NCBI GenBank assembly: GCA_035221665.1
Contig: CM069140.1
Coordinates: 46,872,001-46,936,000, forward strand
Length of the DNA stretch: 64,000 nt
Direction of reading: 5' to 3'
Source: Okamejei kenojei
Lineage: Eukaryota
A model generated the notes under the pieces. The model saw nothing but the letters and a program-made list of their open reading frames with translations. It had not been told where the DNA came from and did no database searches. Position 1 is the stretch's first letter. Each line of letters starts with the position of its first letter. A program made the translations under genes and the position numbers. This document shows, in pieces, positions 24,561 to 37,724 of the stretch.

Positions 24561-27500
24561 CTCGTACAAACAACAGAAGGAAGACAACCAATGCAGCCAA
24601 ACAAATTACATACACTTTAATACCCCTAAACAAAGGTGGGGACACTAAGTACAATGGGGGAGTCCACCCCTACATGCCAATCACTTCTTACAGATAATAA
24701 AACACATTAAAATGCACTTACTTACTCTGTTAAATTACAAACAATGTATACAAAAACCTTTTAGCACTGGATACTAAGTGTAAACATAATCCTCTATCCA
24801 ATCACAGGCTTAGTTTCAGCATCTGTTCACCAGAACCTAGACTTAATGGTAGCAAGTGGGTCATAAGTGTGGAATCTTCCTTGAGCTTCTGCAAAGAGCT
24901 GGACTTTGTGGCAACAGCTAGGTCACATGGACCTCTTGCACCTGGTGTTTTGTCACGTCCGGCAGCTTGACCTTGCTCGCAGGCACTTTTATTATTCACC
25001 ATTTCACCCCGTTATAATTTCATGATAGCTACTTCACAAACAAGGAAAAATGAAATGACAACAGTCAAATAGTGATGAAGATGTTGTTATGCCAAGACCC
25101 CTTAAGTCTCTGCTTCCCGACTTTTCATGGGTGTAGCAGATTCTGAGGCAGTTGACCAAGGAATCTTCACCTCGCGACTTTTCATGGGTGTGTAGTCTCT
25201 TGTAGTCATCACTAGCAGCATAAGCATATCCAGGGTAATCAACACACCTGCACTGAAAAACATTCAAAAAAAAGCTTGGCGCATTACTGATAACTTTGCA
25301 ATGGTGAAGGTGGACCCACACATTTTTCCCTTCATTAGCAGCAGTCGGGGTTGTGAGGAGAACCTGATAAGGTCCTTCCCACTGAGCGTCCAGACCCTTT
25401 CTTACCCAGGTTTCTACTATGAAAAAATCACCAGGTCCGACTTTAGTTGAGGTAAATAGAGGTGGTAATATATGCTGCTTCAATATTCAATATACGCTGC
25501 TCGTAACCTGAAATGCAAATCCTTTAGTACTTTGGTCAATGACAGAATATAATTAGTCATATCTGATGACATATGATGGAAATTAATGACATTTGGGGTA
25601 CTCTGGTTCCAAAGGGTTCTAAGTGGATGACCATACAAATTTCTGCTGGGCTCAGTTGTGCTCCTCCTACTGGTGTAGTATGCATCTGAAACAATGCTAT
25701 AGGAAGTAATTTAACCCTGTTAACCCCTGTTTCGGCTTTCAATTTAGCAAGCTTAGTTTTTAAGGTATGATTAGCTCGTTCAACAAGTCCAGCAGCCTGT
25801 GGTTGATAGTACAATTGTTGATGAATTCCCAATTGAGCACAACATTCTTTATTCACTTGTCCTATAACATGAGGATCATTATCAGCTTAGCCGAATTGAA
25901 ATACCATATCTAGGGATGATCTCTCGCTTAAGCACCTTGACAACAGTAGAGACTTTGTTGTCAAGTGTTGGGTAGGCTTCAATCCACTAACTAAATACAT
26001 CTACAATTGCTAGCACGTATCATTTTCCTTCCACTTCACAATTATGCGCCACTTTGTGTTGGTCTATCACATAAAATCCCAATAAAATACATTTACATTT
26101 GTGGTTGTAATGTGACAAAATGTGGAAAAGTTCAAGGGGTATGAAAACTTTTACAAGCCTCTGTATATCCTTGACATCTCTCCAACGCAATGTAGTGCGT
26201 CTGAAGGGTTTGCTTAGGCACCACAATGAGTTACAAAGTGTACATCGTCAATAACCCACATAGCTAGTTCATGCAAGTTTGCCCTGCCGGAGTAACCCAC
26301 AGTCCCAACATATAATCAATTTTACAACCAAGTTGCTTCCACAGTTTAATATCTCCATCAGGAGCATCCTCCTGCATCTAATGACATCTTGAATGGTTGG
26401 CATTGGCTTTTCAGAGGTAGACCTGTCTTTCCCTAAACTTATAGTCTGCTTCATCATTTTAGGTACAACCACCCTGTGCTCATGGGACATTTCTTTAGTT
26501 TCTTGATCAGGACGTCGACAATTCCCTATATCTACTGGGGTTTGACCCTTTGTATGAGCACTGCACTTCATCACCAAAATCTGATTTGGCAACATTAAAG
26601 CTTGCAGCAGATCAGACACTAATTGCTGGTGAGAGATTTGTGTTCCCGCTGAGGTTGTGAATCCTCGATTCCTCCATAATTGGCCAAAATCATGGACCAC
26701 GCACGGCAAATCTAGAGTCAGTGTAAACATTTACTCTTATCTCCTCTCCGATGACACAAACTCTTATCAAAGCAAATATTTTGCTTGTTGGGCAGAGAAG
26801 GGCATCTCAAAAGCAGCTGCTTCTGCACTGTCTCCGTTTTGATCTATGATAGCATATCCAGAAAGCCTTTCTCCTAATGATCTGATCAATGCACTCCCAT
26901 CCACATATAAGGTTAAGACAGGGTCTACCATAGGAACAACTGTTACGTCTTCCTGAACAGAAGTATCTTCCTTGATCACAAACAGGCAGTCATGCCCTGC
27001 TTCCATCTGTTCTTCAGGTGGATTAGCAAGAAAGGATGCTGGATTGATAGTAGTCCAATTTGTGAACTGCAGTTTAGGGTTATTTAACAGGTGTATCTCA
27101 TATTTATTCTGGCGAGCCATGGTAAGGTGTTGAGTTTGCAGTTGTCCTAGCAAGGCAGCAACTGAATGAGAGCTATACACTAATGTTCTGCTGTAAGGTA
27201 AAATTAGCAACTGATTGCAAGCTGTTGTAGATCACAGTCAAGATCTGGGTGCAAATGGGATGTCCCTGTGATACAGGATCAAGCTTTGAAGAATAGTAGG
27301 CCACTGGTCGATGTTTGTCTCCATGTTTCTGAAGTCAATACTCCAGTTGAGCAATCAGAAAGGATTGTACAGTATAGTTGGATTTCTCGATCATAGAGTG
27401 GCCTTCCTAATGCTGGTGCCTGCAACAGAAACTTCTTTAAATTTTCAAAAGCTTGTGGGCTTCCTCCGACAATTGTAACTTGCCCTCCATACTAATGTAT

Positions 27501-29140
27501 GGCATCAGTTTTTTAGTGTCCAGAGCAATGTTGGGTATCCACCGTCGACAATAGTTCACCATGCCAAGCCACTGTCTCATTTGCTTTGCCTCCTGTGGTG
27601 CAGGGAATTCACAGATCGGTTTAGCTCTGACTGATTTGGCTTCCCTGCTCTGGGTATTGTGAGGATAGGTGTGTTGCAAGATGATTGACATTTAACTAGA
27701 ATGTCCTGCTCCAGTAATCCCTGAATTAGCTTGTCAAAGTTGGGTATTGCCTGTTGCTTCAGTGGGTACTGTTGTATGGAAGGCAGTGTTACATTTATCT
27801 GGAGAGCTACATTTATCTGGATGGGATCAATCTGAACATCCTACCTGAGTAGGGACTTCTGCCCACACCTGTGGGTCCACATACTGGTATACCTCGCTTC
27901 CCAGATGATGACACAACTGCGTAGTAACCGTCTTAGGTGGCTGATAAAACTGAACAGTACAATTATTAGTCAATTCTTGTTCTTTGTCTCATGCTGCAAT
28001 TCACCATACCGATCGCTCACTGAACCATAATTCCTAAATCCTTTGCATGAGATGGGAAGTTCACTTTCTTTGTTATATGCGAGGCGACTTCAGACGCCTG
28101 CCTCTGCAATTCCTGAAGTATTGCAGCATACTCTGCTATTCCCTGTGGTTCAGGCACTAATACCAAAATAGTTACATCCCATCCAGTTCCTTCATGGGAC
28201 TTGAAAAAGTTTTCAGCTCTTTATCTCTGCCACTTCGGTCATATGCTAGTGTGATATGGAGTGGAAGCTCACCTTTCAGATCAAAAGACCATCATTGGGG
28301 TGTTACTGACACGTAACATTGTCTTTTAGGAGCCCATGGAGTTACAGTTATACTGTTATCTCCATACTCACTTTTCAGCTGGAATGCACACAGCAAATCC
28401 CAAGCTAGCAGGCTACAACCACACCTGTGGTAATGACAAGTGAATGCTGCACTGTCTCGCCTTCATATGTTACTTCAACTGGCATAGAGATGGGGTATTG
28501 GCATACCTGCCCTTGGAATTCAGACAGTCTCTGTGTTTTATCAGAGTTTGGGGGAAATTATAAATGGACTGAATAGATGACATGGATGCCCCTGTATCCA
28601 CTAAAAAGGTGCATTCTCTTCCAGTGACTTGCAATGATAAAACAGGTCCCTCATCAGTGTTACACCCGTTCACCATTAAATTGGCCAGTCAGTGAGAAAA
28701 CGGATTATTCTGGCAGAAGGTTGTCTGCCTCCCTCCTTCCTCGATTTCCCTGCCACTCTCCCCTTTGCTCTTGTATGTAGCCCCCTCCTTCCTGTCTTTT
28801 CGTCGGACAATGCCTGCTCCTGTGACCCAGTCCACCACAGGTGATGCAACAGTCCATTTCCGCTGCACTGATCACTCTAAAATAAGGCCCTACGGGGTGC
28901 ATAGGGTTGGCTGTAACTAGGGGCATATAGTCCATCAAGAGGATTTCTGTGTCTGCGAAAGCTAGGTAACTTTGCAAATTACCTAGCTTATATAAAAGTC
29001 ACTATTCGAGCGGTTCTATTTATATAATACTTCCTCATTCCCACTAGCAGATTTTGACCCTGCCAGCCCTCAACAGCAACATAATGTAAATCTAGTCAAC
29101 AACTCTCCACAGAAATTTTTAAACGCGTCTCGCAAATATC
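24560..29140 (-). mobile_element. Decayed class I (epsilon-like) endogenous retrovirus: gag end, protease, 2H-like domain, deleted RT, RNase H and integrase; no env or LTR recognised
   Basis: CCHC knuckle CITCGGLGHRSRHC; FLVDTGAS; WLGMVNYCRRWIP; LYVDGSA...SAQQA; YQPQAAGLVERAN; WEGPYQVLLTTPTA. Confidence 0.9.
26021..26163 (+). mobile_element. Tc1-like terminal fragment inserted in the ERV integrase
   Basis: Ends aaaatgtggaaaagttcaaggggtatgaaaactttt...ctg followed by TA; resembles the end of the Tc1 at 55250-55324. Confidence 0.75.
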
Positions 29141-31160
29141 CCAATGTGCCTGCCACACGATGACCCAATTGCAATTATTTCCACTCAAGGGGGCGCCAGT
29201 TTTGCGTCGCCCTTGGGAAAATTTGTCACAACTGCAAGAAGCTTAATCATTTCGCCACATGTTGCCGATCTCGTGGGAACACTGCTTCAAGGACAAATCT
29301 GCACCTGCTTCAGCAAGAGCTGTCTGACTCCGATTCCCAAGAACAAGACGACGCTTCCCACGGGAATGATTCCGATAACACAGGCAACGACACAGCCGTG
29401 CTGTCCCTCCTGCGCTCTTCAGGCAAGCTGCTGGATCCTGCAGTGACCATGATAATAAACAACAAGGCCCTTACCGCCAAGGTCGACACTGGTGCAAAGG
29501 TGAACGTAATGTCACTCAGAGAGTTCAACAAGATTAGGAGCACTTAACTAATGAGAAAGGACTCCTCCACCCTACATGCCTACAGGGGGGGAGGTTCTCC
29601 ACCTGTTGGGCAAAGCTGATTTGAAATGCACTGTCAATGAGCAAAGAAAAAAACCTAATGTTTTACATTGTCCAACCTAACTCTGAAACCCTGCTTGGCA
29701 TCAACGCATGCCATGAGCTGGGGCTGGTTTATTTCGGGCATGCTGTCCACAAACTCTGCTTGACAGAGGAACCAACACAGCATTTGCTATCCCAGTACAA
29801 AGACTTAGAAACATAGAAACATAGAAAATAGGTGCAGAGTAGGCCATTCGGCCCTTCGAGCCTGCACCGCCATTCAATATGATCATGGCTGATCATTTCA
29901 ACTCGGTATGCTGTACCTGCCTTCTCTCCATACCCCCTGATCCCTTTAACCACAAGGGCCACATCTAACTCCCTCTTAAATATAGCCAATGAACTGGCCT
30001 CAACTACCTTCTGTGGCAGAGAATTCCAGAGACTCACCACTCTCTGTATGAAAAATGTTTTCCTCATCTTGGCCCTAAAGGAATTCCCCCTTATACTTAA
30101 ACTGTGACTTCTTGTTCTGGACCTCCTCAACATTGGGAACAATCTTCCTGCATTTAGCCTGTCCAACCCCTTAAGAATTTTGTAAGTTTCTATAAGATCC
30201 CCCCTCAATCTTCTAAATTCTAGCGAGTACAAGCCGAGTCTATCCAGTCTTTCCTCATATGAAAGTCCTGACATCCCAGGAATCAGTCTGGTGACAAACT
30301 CGGTGACAGTCTTGTTTGATGACAAACTCGGCAAGCTGCCCATGATATACAAGATCACTGTAGATCATGCAGTCACACCAATAGTTCGTGCGCCCCACTG
30401 CGTTCCCCATGGTATGCGGAAGAAAATACACACCACACTTAAACGCATGGTCTCCATTGGAGTCATTGCCAAGGTGAGCAAACCCGCTGACTGGGTCTCC
30501 ACCATGGTCGTAACCACCAAGAAAAACAATGAAGAGTTGCAGGTCTGCATCAAACCCAAAGATTTAAACACAGAACTCCCACACTACCCACACTACCTGA
30601 TGAGAACCACTGAGGACGTAGCTGCGCAAATTGGAAATGCAACGGTGTTCTCGGTCCTTGACGCCAAGAGCTCTTTCTGGCAAATACCACTGGACCAGGC
30701 ATCAACTGCCCTAAAATGTTTTGCCACGCCATTTGGCCGCTACAGATTTTTAAGGATGCCTTTTGGCATCAACTCTGGCAGCACAGTCTTGCAATGCGCA
30801 ATGGAACAATTGTTCGCAGAATATCCATGTGCCATCACTGTTGTCAGTGCCTACAAACTGACAAAGGACATACAAAAATGGGACATATTCATGGCCCCTC
30901 GAAGGAACCATACTCCTAACTGGTCGAAATTGATGGTGTCCTCTACAGACGCAACCGTCAACACCTCCTTCCCCCGGGTCCTGATGCCCCACCGCTCGTG
31001 TTCATACCAATGCCTGTTGCTGCTGTTCCATCACCTGCCGCGACCAAGTCCACCCACTCCCCGCGTCGGTCTGTCCCTACGTCTCCTGTTGTAACTGGTA
31101 CCCCGGGCTCCCCGCATCGGTCCACCCCCGGTTCCCCCGCGGCAGTCTCTCCCCACAGGT
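29140..31160 (+). mobile_element. Gypsy LTR-retrotransposon internal fragment (gag knuckle, PR, partial RT, IN tail), interrupted by CR1
   Basis: CHNCKKLNHFATCC; KVDTGAKVN; VLDAKSSFWQI; TPFGRYRFLRMPFGI; YRRNRQHL. Confidence 0.88.
29807..30292 (-). mobile_element. CR1 3' fragment
   Basis: RLRGDLIETYKIL...; tail (TTTCTATG)n; near-identical to 62270-62741. Confidence 0.95.
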
Positions 31161-31164
31161 GATA

Positions 31165-32345
31165 ACATGACATAAAGTGACAGTTAGGAATTACACATAA
31201 AACAATAAACATTAATAATAAAACATTATTGATTAAACATGTGAATTAAATAAAATACCAGAGCAAAAGGAGGGTACAGATTTTTGGTTATTGAGCAGAG
31301 CTACTACTCGTGGAAAAAAGCTGTTTCATGTCTGGCTGTAGCAACTTTGACAGTCTGGAGTTGCCTTCCAGAGGGAAGTGATTCAAAGGGTTTGTGACCA
31401 GGGTAAGAGGGGTCAGAGGTGATCTTACCCGCTCACTTCCTGGCCCTTACAATGTACAATTCGTCAATGGAGAGAAGGTTGCAGCCAATAACCTTCTCAG
31501 TTGATCGGACGATTCGCTGCAGCCTCCGGATGTCGTGCTTGGTGACTAAGCCAAACCAGACCATGATGGAGAAGGTGAGGACAGACTCTACGATGGCCGT
31601 ATAGAATTGCCTGTGGCAGATTTTGCATCCTCAGCTGCCGCACGAAGTACATCCTCTGTTGTGCTTTTTTGACTGTGGTTGATGGTAGCCCCCCAGTTAA
31701 GGTCCTTGGAGATGATGCTTCCCAGGAACTTAAAAGACTCCACAGATGTGACTGGTCTACTATCAATCCCACTGTCTTAAGAGCATTGAGCTCCAGGTTG
31801 TTGCGATGGCACCAGGACGTCAGCTGTGTTACTTCCTGTCTGTAGGCAGATTCTTCCCCATCCTGGATCAGTGCAATCAGGGTTGTGTTGTCCGCAAACT
31901 TGAGAAGCTTGACAGAGGAGTCAGTGGAGGTGCACTCATTGGTGTAGAGAGAGTAGAGGAGTGGGGAGAGTGCACAGCCTTGCGGTGCTCCTATGCTAAG
32001 GGTTTGCAGGTCTGAGATGTGCTTTCCCAACCTCACATGCTACTTCCTGCCTGCCAGGAAGCTGGTGATCCACCGACAGGGATTGGAACACAGTCAACTC
32101 GGTAAGTTTGGAGTGTAATAGCTCTGGCACAATGGTATTGAATGCAGAGCTAAAATCAACAAAAAAAAAAAGCTTGCCCAGGTCCCCTAGCAGTCTAGGT
32201 GCTGGAGGATGAAGTGCAGGCCCAGGTTGACTGCGTCATCCACAGATCTATTGGTCCGATATGCAAACTGCAGGGGGTTTGTGATATTTTTCAGCTTGGC
32301 CAGCACAAGCCTTTCAAGGGTCTTCATGACTACCGAGGTCTGCTG
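31165..32345 (-). mobile_element. Rex1/Babar LINE 3' half (a second subfamily)
   Basis: LQFAYRTNRSVDDAV; GAPQGCALSPLL; LLKFADNTT. Confidence 0.88.
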
Positions 32346-32929
32346 GGAATTGGAGGACAAATAGAATTTTACTATTCTCAAACTCTCAAAGTTTCAGCAG
32401 CTTCATTCAGAATTTATGGTGATTGTGTGCTGAGAATTGCTGCTGGAGGAATTCAGTGGTCTGGCAGCATCCGTGGAGGGAAATGGACAAACATCGTTAC
32501 GGGTCAGAACATTTCATTTCTGAATATTGTGTCACGTATTAATTGCCTTGCACATTTTATATTATATAAGCTCTTAAGAAGATTCAGAGGAAGAGCAAAA
32601 TAGTTATAATCAGTTCAATGTAGGGGGAAGTGATGAAAGAGGTGGGTGTTCCAAAACAAACAAACACAGCATTTGTATTATACAGCACAGAGCAATGTGA
32701 TGATAATGGATATAAATTATCCATGGAAAAAAAAAAAATTTGTGCCAATTTCCTTTTTAAAAAGCCTCCAAAAATGATCTGTTTATTGTGATATGCTTAT
32801 TAATTGTATACTTTGAAAGAAATTTAAACCAGCTGTAAAATAGGTGTCTGGAATAGTAAGATAATTATGGCATTGGGGCCTCTTTGATCACTGTAGTGGA
32901 GTGTTTAATTTTGATAATCAACAATAGAA

Positions 32930-34175
32930 TTCTTACTTCTGCAACTTTCAACTAAGCAAGCCCATAAATACAAAACACACAGATAAATATAATAAAAGAA
33001 TCATTAAATCAATAACTGTAATACTGGTGCCATAAACATAGTCCGTCGTGCAACCAAAGACACAGTCCATTGAAGTTCATTGCTGCTGAAGTTTGTGATG
33101 TGTTCAAGAGCCTAATTTACTAATGGAATCAAGGGATATGTGGAAAAAGCAGGAACGGGGTACTGATTTTGGATGATCAGCCATGATCATATTGAATGGC
33201 GGTGCTGGCTCGAATGGTCGACTGACCTACTCCTACACCTATTTTCTATGTTTCTGATTGTTGCTACTCTTGAACCTGGCTATTCTTTAAAATAATTTTT
33301 AGGTACCTGAACCTTCTTCCAGATTTCCCGATGGGTGGAGTGAATTGGCCAGGGTCATGTGGGTCTTTAATATTGGCTGAGGCAACGTCTCCTATAGATC
33401 CCAATGTTGTGAAGGTCAGTACATGTGATGGACCAGACAATGTCTACCATTCTCTAATTTATTTCGCTCCTGGGCATTCAAGTTATCAAACCAGGTGGTG
33501 ACGCAGTGGGTCAGTACACTACTTGCCACACATGTGAAAAGGTTTAATAGAATATTCGTTGACATACCAAATCCCCTCAATCTTTAAAGGTAGTAGAGAC
33601 ATTGATGAGCTTTTTTAGTGTTTGGATCAATCTGCTTGGCCCGGGACATATTCAGAGATTTGCATGCTTAGGAACTTGAAGAAGTTGTCTCTCTCCACCC
33701 CCTTACCATCATTGAAGACTGGTCCTTGGATACTTGGCTTTCCCATCCTGTTGTTGAAGTCATCAATCAGCTCCTTAGTCTTGCTAAATTATTGTTTCTA
33801 GCACCATTTAGTCAGAATCTCTCTTTTGTACTCTGACTCATCATTACCGTTGTATCACATGCAATGACAGCGATATTGTCGGTGAATGTAAAGATGGTGT
33901 TGCAGCTGTGACTGGCTACACAATCATGGGTATAGAGAGAGTAGAGCGGGGACTAACGCACAACCTTGAGGTGCTCCTGCGTGTTGATGATGATTATCAA
34001 GGAGGAAGCAGTGTTGCTAATTCGTACTGATTATGATCCGCTGATGAGGAAGTTGAGTATCCAGTTGCATAGGGATGAGCAGAGACCCACTTCTCTGAGA
34101 TTGATAAAAAGTTTGGAGAAGATTGTGCTGAACGCCAAGCTGTAGTCGATGATCAACAACCCTGATAGAGGTTAT
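32930..34175 (-). mobile_element. Old Rex1/Babar fragment with a short + strand CR1 3' end (~33118-33255) inserted
   Basis: Degenerate match to 12300-13390 (caaccttgaggtgctcc, gctgtagtcgatga). Confidence 0.75.
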
Positions 34176-34315
34176 TGGCTCCAAAGCATGTTTGTCATTA
34201 TCTGTTCCTTTCAAAGCTTTTTTTAAATGATATGTTCTGGAATTATAATGTGGGATAAAGTATGTTGCTGTTCAAATATTAAAAAATATTCCCGCATCTG
34301 ATATTTTCTTTCCAG

Positions 34316-34493
34316 ACTTGTTTCAAAATGAAGGTGCTGCCCTGTTTAAAGTTGTGTCTTTTGACACAGCAACAGGTGTTACACTTGCAATTACCTTTGC
34401 AAGCAAAGTGAAAAGTAACTACGAAATTGATTGGAAGGCTGTGCAGCAGGAACACAAGAAACGGGTTCTAACATCAGATATTGAACAATGCAA
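34316..34493 (+). CDS. Host gene coding exon 2 (DLFQNEGAALFKVVSFDTATGVTLAITFASKVKSNYEIDWKAVQQEHKKRVLTSDIEQCK)
   Basis: Acceptor tctgatattttctttccag; donor AA|GTAAGT; 178 nt, open from phase 1 to phase 2; unique sequence. Confidence 0.85.
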
Positions 34494-35609
34494 GTAAGTT
34501 AAGAGAGAAAAAAAAACATTCAAATAGAAGAGAGAGGTATCCCATGTGTCATAGTGAATTCAAACATTCCATGTAGTTTCTGAAAAGAGGTTTGCCACAT
34601 ATACCAATGGTTATAATTAATATAATGAAATGAAAATAATTTAATTGCCAAATTCAAAGTTAAATAAAGTTACCTCATTATAAAAATAATCTTGGTTGTG
34701 CATTAATTACAACTAACCTATTGAAATTCCTCATTGTCTATTGAAAGAATGCAAAACGTAAATATGCTGTAAATCTTAATATGGGTGAATTTTATCTTTA
34801 GTCTGAAGGGCTTTGGGAATCAGCTAATATTCATGCAAAAAAATTAACATTTTGGAGACGACAGATTGGTTTTAGGAAGTTAGTGACAATCCCTCGTGTT
34901 TATAGAAATACGTTTAATCTTTTTTTAAAAACAGGTAAATTTGGTAAGTTTTTATATTTTCTTAAATATTATTAGGATCATTGCTCTTTTTGATTAAAGC
35001 ATTCTCCTCGAGCTTTTGGCATTTTTCCAAAGGTTACAATTAAAATATGCTTGTGGGCCACCTTGAACCACTTATTGCTGGTGAAGATAATCTTATGGAA
35101 AGAAATTCCAAGATTTTGACCAAGGAATGATGAAATGAATAGCAATATACTTCCAAATAAGAATTGTGTCTGACGTGGAGATTAATTTGTGTGTGGTGAC
35201 ATTCTCTTCCACCTGCTGCCTTTTAGGTGGTGGTGAGTTTGGGAGGCCTTGTCAAAGAAACAGAGGTGAATTGGAATGCATTTTCTACGTTGCACACACT
35301 ACAGCCTTAGTATTTGATGATGGAGACAGTGAGCGTTCAACGTGGTGGAAGAATGAAGCGTGTATCATTGTATGGATGACATTGAATTTGAGTATCCTTG
35401 AAGTTGATGTCAACTATGCATATCCAATTGTTTTAAATTGGATCAGGATGTTGCTAGCAAATCCATATTTATTCCTTAATTGCTCCTGAGAAGTTAGCGG
35501 TGAAAGTAGATGTCTGAAGTCCTTCTGTTGATCATTCTCCCACAGTAGTGCAAGGTAGATGGATCCAAGGATTGGATGAAAGAATAACAATTTTATTTCT
35601 GTCAATTTC

Positions 35610-36000
35610 AAGGTTTCAAGGTCAGTTTATTGTCACATGTACCAATTAAGGTACAGTGAAATTTGAGTTACCATACAGCCATACTAAGTGATAATGATAT
35701 GTTCTATAAAAGATACACAACCACATAAAAGTTAACATAAACATCCATCACAGTGGATTCCATATTCCTCACTGTGATGGAAGGCAATAAAGTTCAATCT
35801 TCTTCCTCTTGTTCTCCCATGGTCGGGGCTGTTAAACCGTCCGTAGTCGGGGCGATCAAAGCCCCCATAGCCGACGAACAAAGCCCCCGTCGGGGTGATC
35901 GAAACTCCCGCGTCGTGGCGGTTGAAACTCTCCGCGGCATGGAGCTCCCGAGTCGGCCTTTTCTTACCAGGGACCGTGGGCTTCACGATATTAAAGTTGG
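35610..36000 (-). mobile_element. 5'-truncated GC-rich non-autonomous retroposon
   Basis: Hairpin ccatcacagtg...cactgtgatgg at 35745-35780; Rex1-type tail (gtgacaataaa...ccttgaaaccttgaa on the minus strand). Confidence 0.7.
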
Positions 36001-37724
36001 GTGTGCAACTTGGAGGGGAACCTGCAGGTCATAATGTTGCATCTCTTTCCTATTCCACATTTTTTAGAGGGGTGGAAAGATGGAGTCAGGAGGAATTTTA
36101 GCTACAGAATATGTAATTTCTGAACTATTCCCATTGCCACATTATTTATGATTTAGTCCAGTTAAGTTTCTAATCAATAGTCACCATCTCCGGATTTAGT
36201 GAGGGAAGTTATGAGAGTTCTTTAATCCATTAAAGAGGAGCAGATATACTCTATTTTGTTGGAAATGGTTATGACATGAATGTTACTTTATAAAAGCCCA
36301 TACCCAAATGTTGCAGGAATGTCTAATTATCTGAAAAAATGTTGCTCTAATTAAATGCTTTGCATTCATCAGCAAAATTCACTAGTTCTGACTTTATGGA
36401 AGGAATGTCATAGAACCAGCCAAAATAATTTGCTCTTTTGATACAGACCGGAGGAACTGCTGCTGTGGTAAATCTGAGCAAATTGTCTTCTAACAATCAT
36501 CTCCCTTTATACTACATATGGCACCAACCCCAGTAGAAAGATTTTTCCCAAATTTACAAAACATTTTGATTCTGGGGCTCTTTGATGTCTCCCGTGACAA
36601 ATTACTGCCTTAATGAAAATCGGAATCCTTTTCATTACTCTCAAATTCATTTATTTTGTCCATGAGGACTTGAGATGTTTGGTCTTGGGTGAACTCAAAC
36701 TGAGCATCTCGGAACAGATAATTGATGAGGAAGTAAAACTTTAAAGCACTGTCAGTGACATCTTCATCAGCATGGTTATAAGTGTTGCAGTTGAATCAGA
36801 TATGATGTAAATAGTTTTTTTCTGAAAAGGGAACTTGGATCAATTAGATCAAGAGGGGGGGGGGGGTGTTAACATTCAAACCAGCAGAAGTGGGGGAAAG
36901 AATAGACAAGACAATTTTAATTCACAAAATATGTGCATCTCGGAGAGGGCCATTTGTTATCCATCTTTGCTGACCTTGAGAAGGTGTTGGTGATCTGCTA
37001 CTATTGAGTATCTGCTGACCTTCAGGTGACAATTCCACAGCATTTTTGGACAGGGAGTTGCAAAATTTAGTCTGAGTGATGTGGTCATGATCACAAGTTG
37101 AAGAGGAGTTGTTGGCATACCCTAGGCATGAAACTACAAAAAATGGTGTCAATGCTTCATCTTACATGCAGTTGGAGGAAGTGAACATTTAGACATGAGT
37201 AGGATATACCTGAAAAGGTATCGAGCTTGAATGTTGTTAGATCTGCACTCACACAGGCAAATGGAGAATACACCATCACAATCTGGATTTGTGACTGTAT
37301 AGTTGCTGGAATCTTGTGTCTGTATAGATGGTAGATGCTTGACAGAAGATATCTGTCTGTGACCTGCTATTGCAGATACAGTATTTATATAGCTGGTCCA
37401 GTAGTGCTTCTGGTCATTATTGGAGCCCAGGTTTTGAAAGTGAGAAATAAATTAACTTAGTGGCATTGAATGTTGAGATAAGAGGCTAGTGTCCTTATCA
37501 GCCTGTGCAATATTTTTGCCTTGGTCCTGCTGCATGCAGGCTCTAAGTGCCTTATTTTCTCAGAGGTTATGAATAGGGGTTAATATATTGTAGTTAAAAC
37601 AATTCCAATACCAAATTTATGATGGAAGACAGATCATTGAAATAAATTAATTGGTAGAGAATGGAACAGTAGCCTGACAAAACTCTGTGGCAGTGTTCGG
37701 GAGTTGAGGGTGTGGACCTCCTAT

